Shown piece after piece: positions 38,701 to 51,595 of a DNA stretch of 64,000 nucleotides; position 1 is the stretch's first letter, and each line of letters opens with the position of its first letter. The stretch covers positions 59,892,001 through 59,956,000 of the forward strand of contig CM060732.1 of NCBI GenBank assembly GCA_030704615.1. The letters are read 5' to 3'. The position numbers and the translations under genes were made by a program. The stretch comes from Takakia lepidozioides (lineage: Eukaryota > Plantae > Bryophyta). The notes under the pieces are model-generated. The model saw only the letters and a list, made by a program, of their open reading frames with translations, searched no databases and had not been told where the DNA came from.

Positions 38701-41390
38701 AATTTCAACCACAAAAATGTCAAGGTAATGGACCTCCTGGATCCTACATTGCAACCTGTTATTTGGGTTGTTAGGTTGTTGAAATTGCTGAGGTTCTGAG
38801 AGCAACACCCTACATCAAGCACATTCATTATTACCTAAACAGCCACCACTCGTGTCCCTTGGCATCTAGCCCTCTTTTTCCTGCCAATGCTAGTGTTTGG
38901 TCTATAGAACAGGACTACAGGGTGTATATCTTGCAAATGTTCGACATATTCAGAGGGAAAAGGCAGTAGCAAACCTCTCCCAAGGCCGGGGCTCCACCAA
39001 CATTGGCATATATGGCATCACCATATGCTTCGCCTGCCAGGCACACCACCACACCATTATAAGCATCATTCAAACATTTATGCAATACCGTCCTCCCCTA
39101 CAAGCTTTGAGGACTCAAAACATAACAGGACCAATCCAGTTTCACCATAGTATACATTCACATGCAGCTGAGAAAAATGTGGTACAGAACTTCAAGAAAA
39201 CACCTTGCATACAAGTGACCACAACCCACAGGACAACTCAACCACAAGCCAGTCATTGACACCCTGCAGCACAGCTAGCTGGCTGTGGGGATAGGAGCAC
39301 TTACTGATTTGTCCACCTCTCTCATCACCAATGGATCACATTCTATGACACCATATATCCGATTCACCCTGCAACAGAAAAATCCACAGGGCTGATCACA
39401 CAACTCACACTCCAACATTCTCAGAAACAGAATATAACTTGGAAGTTACCAAAAATAAGAAATTGATGGACAAAAACAAATGGGCCAAGATACAGCACAC
39501 AGTCCAGATAGTAAAATTCACTTAGAGTCAGCCGTTTTCCTGAGTCTTTGAATCCGAAATGCTGTGGCTGGTTACCTGCTCTTCAAGGGATAGTTTTTCA
39601 AACTGTGCTTGAATGCAGGTCGCAGCTCAGAGATGTCATGGGCAGTTTGGTCAGCAGGTGGCCGCACAAATGCAGTTTCCAACATCAGTTCTAGAAGCCT
39701 GCTTCCAACCTGCAAAATCTCCATAGTATGTAAACGAGGTGTCAACCATTCCTATAAGACCAGACAATCTCCAGGGGAAGACATGTACACATACATGCTA
39801 TGACATTCATCGTACTCAGAAAGGGAATGAAATGTCGCCCAGTTTTTCTGGGTGGGATAGGAGCAATGACTGGATCCCTTACCTTGGCCTGAATTGAAGG
39901 GCCCCAAGGCTCCCCACCATTGGCGTGCCTCAGTACACTCCCAACCATTCGCAGCTTCTGTCGTTTCACCAAGTTCTTCACTTTTTTCTTCAGCTTATCT
40001 TGCATCTTTTTTGCAGATTGAAGCTCAGCCTCTGTAAGTCCTTCCACACTCTCATCTATATTCGACTTGCCAGCCCCTGCATTTGACTTCAACTCCTCTT
40101 TTTTCTTTTTTTTCTTCTTCTTGCTCTTCAAGAACTTATATATTCCCGCCTGTCAGGAGCCCCAAAGTTCCAATCAGTTTTTCTGTAATGCCTCAACTGC
40201 CTGCAGCACCTACATGTACTTCTAACTATACCCGTACAAGGCACCAGTCCAGGAATCTTTTTAGCCTCCTAAGAAGGTCTTAGACACTTCAGAAAAAGAA
40301 ATCAGCAATGATGAGAGCATGTTTGCCAGATCTGGTGCACTACCTCCTGTTCGACAGCTTCCCCAATCTGAAGAGCTGCATGAAGCACCTTTACACACCC
40401 ATTTTCCTGGTCACTCATGATCAGCCCCAGTAACTTATGCATCGTTATAACTGCCAGCATATCAGCTGGCAGCTGTCGCATGAATGGACCGTATATTGCC
40501 CGGTGCTCCCTGTACTCCTTACTTTCAAAGCCATTTATCTCTGCCAGAATTGCATCCCTGCACCCCATACATGTGTGTAAAGACTGTAACTTCTAAGGAG
40601 AAGAATGTATTTACTGTAAAAACTCATAACCTCATTGCCCCTTGCAATATTCTGCAATGTAGTACTGAATAGGCACAGAATACCTTAGAGGCTCGAACCA
40701 GCCCAGGAGCAAGGCTTGGGCAAATGGCAAGTTGGGTGCCAGACTCTTCCGACACATCTCCACCACCAGATGCTTGTACTCCGCCGCTGTGTTTAGCCAT
40801 GCTTCTGTCTCTATCTTCAACTGCCTTTTGTGTAACTCATGCTTCTTCTTCTTTTTTAATTTCTCTTCCTTAAGTTGCGACTTGATGCTCAATTCTGCAG
40901 GAACCAGAAGAGCAGAATGGTGTTCGTCTATATCAACATCATCAACAACTTCAGCAGCACTTGCGAATGTGCGATTGTAGTCTAAGGTAGCCACATCCCT
41001 GTACTTCAAGCGGAGTTCTCCACCATCTAGGCTGGTGTCCACTGGAGAACCCTGCCAAAAGAGCCATGGTAAATTCACAACATTGATAAGTGCTGCATCA
41101 AGCGTCTTGTCGAGCTGTGACCGCAGTGGGAGCAAGCAGGCTGCTGCTGCTGGAGGACGTAAAGGTAAAGCTGGGGAAGTACTTGCCGCTGGCTGCAGCC
41201 TCCACCTGGCCTCTATAGAGGGCTCTCTGTCAGTTGGCCTCTCTGTTACAGGGTCCCTTGCAGTGGCTGAGCTAGCCGACCTTCGACAGCCACAGATTTG
41301 TGAGACAGAGAGTAAATTTGCTTCCAACCTGAAGCCCTGGACTCGCTGTAATCTTTGTCTTGACAGCTGCCGTGCTGCGGCCCTCCACAT
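32798..41390 (-). CDS. RpoT: Nuclear-encoded phage-type (T3/T7-like) organellar RNA polymerase, ~20 exons
   Basis: N-terminus [10 protein letters not shown] (mitochondrial presequence-like). Motifs [113 protein letters not shown] and C-terminal APYFFN* all join through GT-AG introns. Confidence 0.96.
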
Positions 41391-42559
41391 GCCTCCCCCT
41401 CAATGGCCCCCACACCCAAACTTTGTAGCTAGGCACTGCAAACAGCCATTGCAGGCATAGAGTCGGTATAATAGGTCCGCTCAGTGAACACATTTTTTCT
41501 TTAGGGGGGTTGGTGGAAGAAATGGGATCGGTAGTGGGCCACAATCACACAGATATGTCTGGTGAAAATGTGAACATCAACGTTTGTGACCTCCAATTCA
41601 CAATGTCACTTCAAATACCACTAAAACATATGTTGCAGTGGCTTCCTCCCACCCTAAACCCTCCAGGCCACAGGCTGCACCTTCTTATCCCTCTCTGTCT
41701 CAAATGCAAACAGAAAGTAGCTGGCATGAACCCTAGGGTTTAGGGGTTTAGGGGAGTCCCACGATAAACAAAACCCTTCGACTGGTGTTCATACCTGCTA
41801 CGTAACTTTCGCAGGGAAAGCGCAGAAAATCTGCCCCCCATACGACCAAAACTCACTGAAGAAAAGACTAAAATTTCGACACTGATTTTCATACACAAAG
41901 TCTTCCAATGACTCCAACATCACACCCTTGACTTGATGGACTCTCCCTCCGATTTGCAACAATCATTAACTTGCGATGATTGTTTCCATTTACCTGAGTG
42001 CACCTGGAACTGAATTTTAGAAGTATCTCGGCGAATACATGGCCGGTCAATAGATGTAAACTTGATCACGGTGAGAAAAAAAGACGACTTACAAACACAG
42101 GGAGACTCAGGTGTCGCACCAACTCCACCAAGTATGTGTTTTAAGAGATAATCGTTACCGCGGTGCTTAACAGCCAAACTCAAAACACTGTGGCAAAGCC
42201 AAGACAAGGAGAGAAGTGCTCACATTATAAAGCCAGGACATAACTCCAGTGCGACAAGTCTCTGGTTTTTGCGAATGTAATAGACGACAACCTGCTGAAG
42301 GTGCTCCCATAGAAAAATGGCCTCCGAGCGCGTACTGGAATCTTTCTTGCTACAGAGACAGAGAGAGATCAGAGAAATGGGTTCCAAAGAGATCCAAGTT
42401 TCCTTCGTAATGTAAAAGCCCCAGATCCAGCGAAGCAACCAGTGGATCCAGAGATGAATCTCGTGACGAGGAGCGAACAGGGAGATGCGAGTGAGAGCAG
42501 AGAACGTTGGCGGCTAATAGTGCTCTGTAATAGTGTTTGGACACCTGGCGTTTTCCAGG

Positions 42560-42625
42560 TGGCGAGTAAAACCCTAATCATATAAATAGTCTCTAAAACC
42601 CTGATAACCTAGAAGCCCATATCTC
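42560..42625. promoter_or_regulatory. Candidate RpoT promoter elements (telo-box AAACCCTA, site II AGCCCA)
   Basis: AAACCCTAAT at ~42568 and GAAGCCCA at ~42612, upstream of a CT-rich minus-strand leader. Confidence 0.4.
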
Positions 42626-45197
42626 TGTAAAGCGGGTGCAAATGGCGGGATCCAGAAGGGAAAATTCGATCACCTTAATCCGAATCGTCAGGTTGGAGAG
42701 GGTAGCTTCAGGAAATCTGAACAGATTGATGTCAAATTTCATCATGGCATCCAGACTGCCGAACAATAGCCTGCAGCTAATCTGCTGCTGATATCTAGGT
42801 GTGCTTTGGCTGGCAGATTTGATCACGAAGGCTCAACATTGCTTTGATGCAGCTTTCTTCTCCAATTCTTCATGGAAAACTGGCAGTGCGAGTGCTCATT
42901 TCATACTTCCAAATTAGTCTGGAATGCTTTGCTGTATACTGGACTGTGAAAACAGTGTAACCGGGTGCTGCACTAGTTTTCCAGTTACAGATCTTGAATG
43001 CGCAATACTGCACATGTGTACTATATATGTAGTTCCACATTGTCATGTCACTGGAAATTTTATAGTTTCAAGTTTCAACCCATTTCGAGTTATTGCACAC
43101 TTGGAAGTAGAATGATGACCCGTGTACATGAGTAGTGCTACTTTCGTTTGTGCTGTATTCTCTCTGCCCTCATACATTTTCAACCAATACTAGGACCCAT
43201 GTAGGAGGGTCACTACTGAATCATTTGCACTAATAGGACTGTCCTTGGTACATGCATGTTGCCAAACAACCTCCCTCGAGTCTGAATGCCCTCTGGAGAA
43301 CGACGTCAGGATAAATTTGACTATCTAGAACCTCCTGGATGGAACACTTCAAGGGTCTAATGTGGTTGCCATATTCAGGGACTTTGATACAATACCTTGC
43401 GGCTTTGTTAAGATGACACGGGTTCTTGTGGAGGACACACAAAAACCGATTGCCAAGAAGAGCTAACTTCCCTCCCTCACTTTCGGCAGCGGCAGAAAAA
43501 TGAGTTGCACATGGCTATTAGGTGCTGTTCGCGACTGAGTGTTACTAATCATTGGCAATCAGAAATCTCGCTATTCCTGCATTTGTTCTGTAAGCTGTCC
43601 AGAAGAAGAAGAATCGGGCAACCATAATCTACACCCTGATCAGAATTGCGGAAGAAAAAGCATCTGATGTCAAGAGAAGATAAATCACTCTACGTTGTTT
43701 GGTAACTTTGGGAGGACCAAAAAGAGAGCTGCCCCCCGACCGCTTTCATCCTCCAGTCAAGCTTATCAACCAACAACGCAGACGGTGAGGGAGCTAAGTT
43801 ATGGAAGTGTGGTCAACAGAAAACCAAGAGCCTTTGGGTAGCTTGAAGGATAAACCGGCTCTGAGGAGCAATGAGGAGCCCTCCGAATTCCAGATTTCAG
43901 GCCCGAGGCTGGTTCAGTTGCAGCTTTCCTACCCGACAAACTCCTGAAAATTTCCAGGAAGTCTCTGAATTCTGCAGCAGTTGAAAAATTTGCTGGTCAA
44001 GAAGGACCTTCACCCATCTTCAATCAACACACAAGATTGATTAGGGCCTCAGCTCTGTCGACTAGTACCTCTAACCTCTTCCAATCTTCGGAGAAATTCG
44101 TCGAACTTCGGAGTGAATGTGCTTCACATGCGCAAATGTTACAGTTTGCGAAGTGATGCAGACTAATCCTCAGGCCATCATGTGCTGTAGCATCTCTTCA
44201 CGCCAAGATGCAAGATCCGACTCGTACTGTACAGATAAGGTGCAAATCTGAACGCCACGCATTCCATACAGAATTCGTAGAACGGGGCCACTGTTGTTGC
44301 GGTCGATGAGTGGGGCCCAAGATTTGGTGTCCAGTCGCCCCAGTTCAATTTTGCATCGTCATTATTGCCCTGAAAGGAGTGATCAGTGCAAGATTGTCTC
44401 GGTTTACTGTTCATTCGGACATGACAGGTAGCTCCTTGATCTGAATCAGGGTTGGGCCGGTATTACTTTTTTTATTACCAGCCGGGTCCTGGATCCTGGT
44501 ATTGAAAAAGATATATATTTCAATACCAGCCGGTTCCATAGTACTGGAATATAATTTTAACTAGGGTAGCTTGTGCCGTTGGCCCAAGTGTCCAGTATCA
44601 CCAAAGCCCAAGAGCAATCTCCTATGTTTCCAAGTGCGTCTTCGCTTTGAGGGAAAGCTCGGAGTTGTAGGTGACGTCTAAATGCTCCAAACAACTGTTT
44701 GTTGGGAGTTGAAGCTTTGTTGTTTCTCTGTGCTTGGTCAACAACCACCCCCCAGCGTGTGATGTGATGGAGCTTCTGACAATGTGACGAGAGCGTTCGC
44801 CTATTCAGCACGAGGACGGCGACCAAGGAGTGGAGCCCGCCCTTCCGTATGCAAAGCTTGGGTGGGATTGAGAAGATGCATATTGTTGACCAAACTGCTC
44901 TGCTCAGCAGAGCGACATGTGTGAAGTACTGTGGAGCTATGGCCCGGCGGCTGTGACACCGATACCTTCAAGGGGAAAGTGGCCCTACGTCGACGGCCAA
45001 CCTAAATACACGTGCCCGCCACTTGCAGCTATGGCCCCGCAGTATGAATACCTTGTCAAGGATGCTCACCTAACAGTATAAGAAGGAGCAGAAAGAAAGA
45101 GCTGCATGCATATGGTCAGCCCGGATTCGCTTAACATTTCCAGCTGAGATCGTTGTGGGGGGCTCCGTGGGAGTTCCGTGGACCCCTTTCCTACATT

Positions 45198-47041
45198 ATG
45201 GCTAGCTTTGCAAACCCAGCTGCCGTTCTAGCATGTATTACACTTTGCACGCTGTTTTTCCTTCCTACCGATCAAACTCTCGACGCAGATTTCTATGCTT
45301 CCAGCTGTCCCGATGCTGCATCGATTGTAAGAAGTGTAGTGGAAAAGGCAATCAAGAAGGAGAAGCGTATGGCAGGGTCACTGCTTCGTCTACATTACCA
45401 TGACTGTTTTGTCAATGTATGCTCCTTGACCATCCTCCTCTCTGGGCAAACTTGTAATAAATTTCCTTGTCACTAGATTATATACACCTGAGACCTTATG
45501 TTTGATGTACATAGAATCACACACATTAACCGGGTTTTAACTAGAAGAGACTATAGCTCTTAGAACTACAACTCTGTCTTGGACCTGTCTTGGAGAGCTC
45601 TGTTTTCCAAGTCGCTAAGCTGCGTTCTGGATCTCACGTCGATCTGCAGGGTTGCGATGCCTCGGTTCTGGTCGACGACACACCAACATTACTTGGCGAG
45701 AAGCACTCCCCTCCCAATAACAATTCACTCCGAGGCTTTGAAGTGGTCGACGATATAAAGGCAGCACTGGAAGCAGAATGCCCTCAGACGGTCTCTTGTG
45801 CCGATGTCCTGGCCATTACTGCTCGCGAATGTACGGTTCTGGTAAGCAATTTTGTCTTCAACTTGGGGTCTTGATCCTTCATCCAACTCTTCCGCTTGCA
45901 AAGTCTAATCTGGGTCCTGAGTAGAACTATATAGATCTATATACTACATGATCAGTAATAGGCACATGAGCTCTAGATCAGGAAGTCAGTTATCAACACC
46001 CCGAAAAACATAAGACAGTGTCACCTAGCTCTCGAAATGGAAGTTTTTCTTTACAAGCTGTGCACAATGTTGTATACAAGATTGTCTGACCTTGCCTTTG
46101 TGCCTACAGACTGGAGGCCAGAGTTATGACGTGCTTTTGGGAAGACGGGACGGCTCCATCACCAATGCCAGTTTTTCCCAAGCCGAGTCCCACATGCCCC
46201 CACCTACCTTCAACGTCAGTCAACTTGTTACGGCGTTTGCGAATGTGGGTCTCAATGCACAAGACATGGTTGTCCTTTCAGGTACATCCTGAGCATACTT
46301 CTATATAAGCAGCTTCAAAGTTCAAACCCTTACCGTGGACTATTGCTCCATGCTCGATGACGCCAATCTGTTTGTACTAATACCCAGTAGAACAGCAAAT
46401 GTTCAGGAATCTCTTCGGAGACACTTTTAACAAAATTCATGAATGATTTATATATATCTCCTGGTCAGTGGACTCGGTTCCTTTTCATGGTCCTTTTCAT
46501 GGGGCCGGTGTGAAGTGCTTTCCATCGTACTGAGCTTATGATCCTGGCATTCTCGAACCTGGGCCGCTTATGTATATCTTTTGACCCATCTCCATCTTGT
46601 GCCGCAGGTGCTCACACAATCGGTAGTGCTCGTTGCTCTTCTCTCGGAGGCCGCCTCACAGAAACAAACATTGACGCGAAATTCAAAAAGCAACTCCAGC
46701 AAGTGTGCCCCACTAGTGACACAAATAATGTCACTGTCTTGGACTTGGTCCACCCATACAAGTTTGACAGTCAGTACTACAGTAATTTGGTTAAGTTAAA
46801 GGGTCTTCTCCACTCAGATCAGGTTCTATACAGTGAGCAAGGCACTAACGAGGACCTTGTCAACCTATTCAGCGAAAACCAAACCAGCTTCTTCGACGCT
46901 TTCAGTGCGAGCATGATCAAATTGGGAAACCTTCGGGTTCTCACTGGCACAGAGGGTCAGATCCGGACCGACTGCCGCAAGGTCAATACTCCTTCCTTGG
47001 AGATCAATGGCGATGCCAGCTTACTGCATGCCTCTGCGTAG
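45198..47041 (+). CDS. Class III secretory peroxidase with C-terminal extension
   Basis: Exons 45198-45416, 45650-45841, 46110-46281 and 46608-47041. Signal peptide, RLHYHDCFVN-GCDAS, VSCAD, GRRDG, LSG-AHTIG, DSQYYSNL, GQIRTDCRKVN. Confidence 0.95.
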
Positions 47042-47865
47042 TTAGAGTTCGGCAGGTCACTTACTGTCACAAAGCTCTCCAGGTACTCTATACACCACAC
47101 CACCTCTGAACCTCTAGGATTTAAGACTATTGCTAAATACCACGATTCCACGATATCTAAACTCTGGACATTTGGTACAAGTTTTCATTCCTCTGCAAAA
47201 TCGAGTCTCCCGCCTGTTCGAGGAAGTCTCAAATCAATTTTGGAGTTCTGCAGTAGATATGAAACGTCTGGATCAAGTAGCTTCCAGATGTGCAAATCTT
47301 TCAGATGCAATCATGTACACAGTTGTAAGCATATTAAGATCTCCTGTGCCTAGGCTCTCGAGATTAGTACTCTAGTTCTAGACCAGTTTGACCTCCTCGA
47401 AGTTGGCTGTTCAAAACTCATGTGGAATGAATCCGCTTCAGTACTAATCTGAGAGTGGAGACCATCTTCTGATTATTTGTCGACTTCAGAATCAAATGTC
47501 ATGCCGCAAATTGTACATTTGTAGACGTCCAGCCGAGTCCTCTGCCATCGTGATGAACAAATAGAATCAGGACTTGCGAAGGCTCAAACCTCTGGACAAA
47601 CTCTAACGTTCGGGTGGAACAACTTGTACCGGAGGAAAAGTAGGCAGGACCTTTCCCTTTGATCAGATCCTTGCCCGGCCCCGGACTCTGACTACACAGC
47701 CAACTTGCATGCTCGTGTTTTCAAGAACATACACCTGCATGAGATTCATGCTTTCTATGCATACATATATATGTAATGTACAGTTCGCTGTACACTGGGC
47801 CCCATTGTCCTGGGACCCAGTCTATGATCATCTTAGCTACTCCAAATGACCTCCTCATCTACGTC

Positions 47866-47921
47866 TTCTCGATCGTGACCCTGTAAATCATGGTTCTCGA
47901 TCGTGACCCTGTAAATCATGG
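47866..47921. repeat. 28-bp perfect tandem duplication
   Basis: TTCTCGATCGTGACCCTGTAAATCATGG twice. Confidence 0.85.
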
Positions 47922-49625
47922 GACCTAAGACTCGTGCGGAGATTGCCTCCAGTACGGGCACATATGATGCACTTTCCAAGCCCCCTTTGTTGTTTCTGGC
48001 TCGGCCTCTCTTCGAAAATGTGCAGAGATATCAATAGCAATGTTAGACCAGGCAAGAGTATCATGGCGAGGCAAGCCAACACACATGGATTTGCCTACTA
48101 TGACCTTCAAATGAATACCTTCCATGCCGCAGGCCTCATCTTGCATGCTCACTAATCATCGTTGCAAGACAGATCTGAAAGAGAGAGCCAATCTAGCAAA
48201 ATCTCACATGGCTTTTTGGGTATGGATCTGATCAGTAACAGAGTTGTGCTCCTCGGCGGCATGGGAACTAGTTCGGTCCTGAGGAACATGTGGGTCCTCC
48301 TGAGACCCTCTGCAACCTTCACTCCATTGTAGCGGCAAATGGAACTCACTATGTCGAGGAGACAATCGCAGGATAATAACTTAGAAGTAATTTTACTTTG
48401 TGCAAGCCTGTATTGAAATGCTGGAATCAGCTGCGAGCCCTTCCTTCCGACGCCAACCGGCCCGTTCTAGTAGGATTTATGGTTGACGCCCCACCACCAC
48501 ATACAAGACTATAAGTTCTAGATACTCGGAAGTCACTAGTGATATACGACTTGAAATATCCAAGTTATGGAATCAAACAGGAAACCTGCCATTGGCATTT
48601 GGAGATTTTTCGATGATATACAACTTCTGGGATCAAAGAGGAAACATGCCTTTGCCAACTAGTACGACGTCCGAGCATAGTAAGTGTGATTGCAAGAAAG
48701 TTGGTTATGCAATGACTTACAGCCAAGGTTTCCTCACTCAAGTGCAGAGCCAGGTTCTGTTGGTTGGGCGACTCGTTCCAGAGCTACAGAGCACATCCCT
48801 GAAACCGTGTACATTTGTGGGAGTTGAATCTTCCTACTCCAGAACTTGCAAGGAAATGGCAAAATTTCCTGACAAATTACTGAAAGGCTTCTCAAGCCGT
48901 CGGATTGTCTTTCGGGGGGGTGGCATGCTATGGGGTGTGGTAGATTTGTAGGGTGGAAGCGCAGTGAGAGAAAACGTTGACACGACTTGTTGCACCAAGT
49001 GTGGGGATGGCTTCCTTCCTCTCGAAACGAAATCATAGCTCTACGGAATTCTAAACTATGCGGCACCCATAATCGGAGCACTCGGCAATGTTTCCTTACT
49101 CAGCGACATTCAATAGATATTTGCACAGAAACCCACAATGTGATTTTGCATGCATGCATCGTGCGCCAAGCTGACTCGTGTGGGGCCATGTTTTGGACCT
49201 GACAGCATTTCTCCTGTTTGGCTTGGTGGAATACCCATGCTTGCTACAAGACGGATATACCTAGCCATCTCGTCTCAGTGTTGAGTATGACATCTTGTGT
49301 CAGGGATAAGGACTACGGTATGGAGCATATCTCAGGCGTAGGTTATGGAGAGGTAAGATCTGATTCAGAGCTCCTGTGTCAAGCTGCCACTTTGTGCTAC
49401 AGAGCTGCCAGGGTAGAAGTATGACGTTTGTAGTACGGTGTGTGCAATCTGCAGACAGCTCGGGAAGTGATTGGTATGAGAAGATCAGTAAAGCAAGAGG
49501 CACTCTGGGCTGTAAATAATTGTGTGTGACGAGTATGAGAGAAGATGAAGAGGAGGGGCGTCAAATAACAAAGGAAAATCTGAACGGTGCTTTATGGCCA
49601 GTAACAGGAACTACCCCGGAGTCCT

Positions 49626-49638
49626 AAACCCTAACCCT
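49626..49638 (+). promoter_or_regulatory. Telo-box upstream of RPL13
   Basis: AAACCCTAACCCT ~75 bp upstream of the ATG. Telo-boxes are typical of plant ribosomal-protein promoters. Confidence 0.65.
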
Positions 49639-49707
49639 ATACACATCAGCCATCGAGCAGATCGTCTCTATCCTTTGGCTCGGTGCTTGCCTCTAAGGAG
49701 TTGAACA

Positions 49708-51119
49708 ATGGTGAAGCATAACACTGTTGTGCCAAATGGGCACTTCAAGAAGGACTGGCAGTCTTATGTGAGGACCTGGTTCAACCAACCTGCTTGCAAA
49801 AAGCGCAGACGCACTGGTATGTTGCACGCCATCTTGTTACAGCGACTGGATCTGTTTGTCAAAGGAACATGATTAGGAAAGAAGAGAGAAGTTAGGGGTT
49901 CGTGTTTTCCTTGGGGCTCTCTCTGCCTAGTGATTCATTCCCGAGCTTTTTCCTCCAGTAGGGAGTCCATGATTTTAGACTTTGTTGCTTCACAGAAAGC
50001 AAGTTCTCCAGAATTACTTCTGAGATTTTTTGTTGAGAAAGCTGACATCTCCTCCGGTAGGCATGGTGGAGTATATAACACTTTCCTTGTGTATTTTCAA
50101 TTGTGATGGCCCACTGTTATCTTGCAGTCCGCCAGAAGAAGGCAGTGGCAGTATTCCCTCGTCCTACTGCTGGCCCCTTACGGCCAGTGGTCCATTCTCA
50201 AACTCTGAAATACAATTCCAAGATTCGGGCTGGACGGGCCTTCACGCTGGAGGAGCTGAAGGTTTGTCGCCTTTTACCTCCACTAAATATTTTTGCTGTT
50301 AACTCTGATTTCACCAGTTTAATGTAATGGTATTGGACAACCATTTGATTCAAACTGTGTGTGGGCAAAATGGTCACTCTCACATCCTCTGATCTCTCGG
50401 AACTCACGATTATTTTTGGAATTATAAGGATAGTCCTGGAATGGCTATAATCTCTTGTTCATTTTTTAAATTCTGACATGCCAACAGAACTCGCCAAGTT
50501 ATGTAAGCGGATACCAAAAAGCAGTGTTTGTGAAAAGTATACTCGTTGCTAGACTTGATTTGATGGTTTAGGTTATAATCTCAGTTCTCTCTTTGTCTGT
50601 GGGCTGCAGGTATCTCAAAGAAGCTTGCACCCACTATTGGGATTGCTGTGGATCACCGGCGCAAGAACCGATGCTTGGAGAGTTTACAGGAGAATGTCAA
50701 CCGTCTCAACACATACAAGGCTAAGTTGATTGTCTTCCCACGACGATCGCGGAAGGCCAAGGTAAACTTCTAGTGACTTTGAGTCGTTGCTAGAGTTTAT
50801 GATGGTCTTCCACTATTTCCTGCCGATTTCAACCTTACATACAATGAAGTGTTATGGATTGTGATGAACTCATCCAGTGTTTTGCTGTGTGGGCCAGGTG
50901 GGAGACTCAAGCCCAGAGGACCTGGCTAGTGTAATCCAGATCCAAGGGCCAGTGTTACCTATTGTGAAGCGCCGGCCAACAGCAGACTTGGTGGCTGTCA
51001 CCGAGGAGATGAAGGCAGTGAAAGGCTATCAGAAACTGCGGTTGGAGAGGATGAATGAAAGGTTGGTAGGCATGCGCAAGAAGAAGGCTGCAGAGGCTGA
51101 GAAAGATGAGAAGAAGTGA
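49708..51119 (+). CDS. RPL13: 60S ribosomal protein L13 (eL13), 4 exons; intron 2 acceptor non-canonical
   Basis: Exons 49708-49816, 50128-50261, ~50603-50761 and 50898-51119 give [76 protein letters not shown]. Confidence 0.9.
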
Positions 51120-51371
51120 GGGAGTTTTGATTGGGTTTGGATGTGGGTGACAGTTTGTGGGTTGGGAAATGGGTGACAGTTTCATAACCAGGTGCATGGT
51201 CTAGTCAAACAATCAGAGCCCGTCAATCTGCTCAGCCTTTTTCCTTGTTATGAAACTGCAATTCTTCACACTCAATACTGAGGTTGAAGTGCATGTCCCT
51301 TGCAATATCCTTCGAGCTTGGCATGCAATTCATTAGCTAAGATAGTCATGGGAAACAGTTGCTGCTCCTAT

Positions 51372-51595
51372 TGTCAGAAACAGAGTTTCCAATTTAAAGA
51401 AGGATGGCAAACAATATTGGTAGTGTGTACATGTTGACAAGTCCCTTCACTGATATGACCCAATAGTGATCTGGGAAAGAGACTCCTGTTGTCAGAAACA
51501 GAGTTTCCAATTTCTAAATTCTGGCATACAATATTGGTAGTGTGTACAAGTTGACAAGTCCCTTCACTGATATGGCGCAATAGTGATAGGGGAAA
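51372..51595. repeat. ~118-bp tandem duplication
   Basis: TGTCAGAAACAGAGTTTCCAATTT...GTTGACAAGTCCCTTCACTGATATG at ~51372 and ~51490. Confidence 0.85.

Noticed and set aside
47100-49500. Short ORFs between the first peroxidase and RPL13
   Set aside because: No recognisable domains or consistent splice structure.
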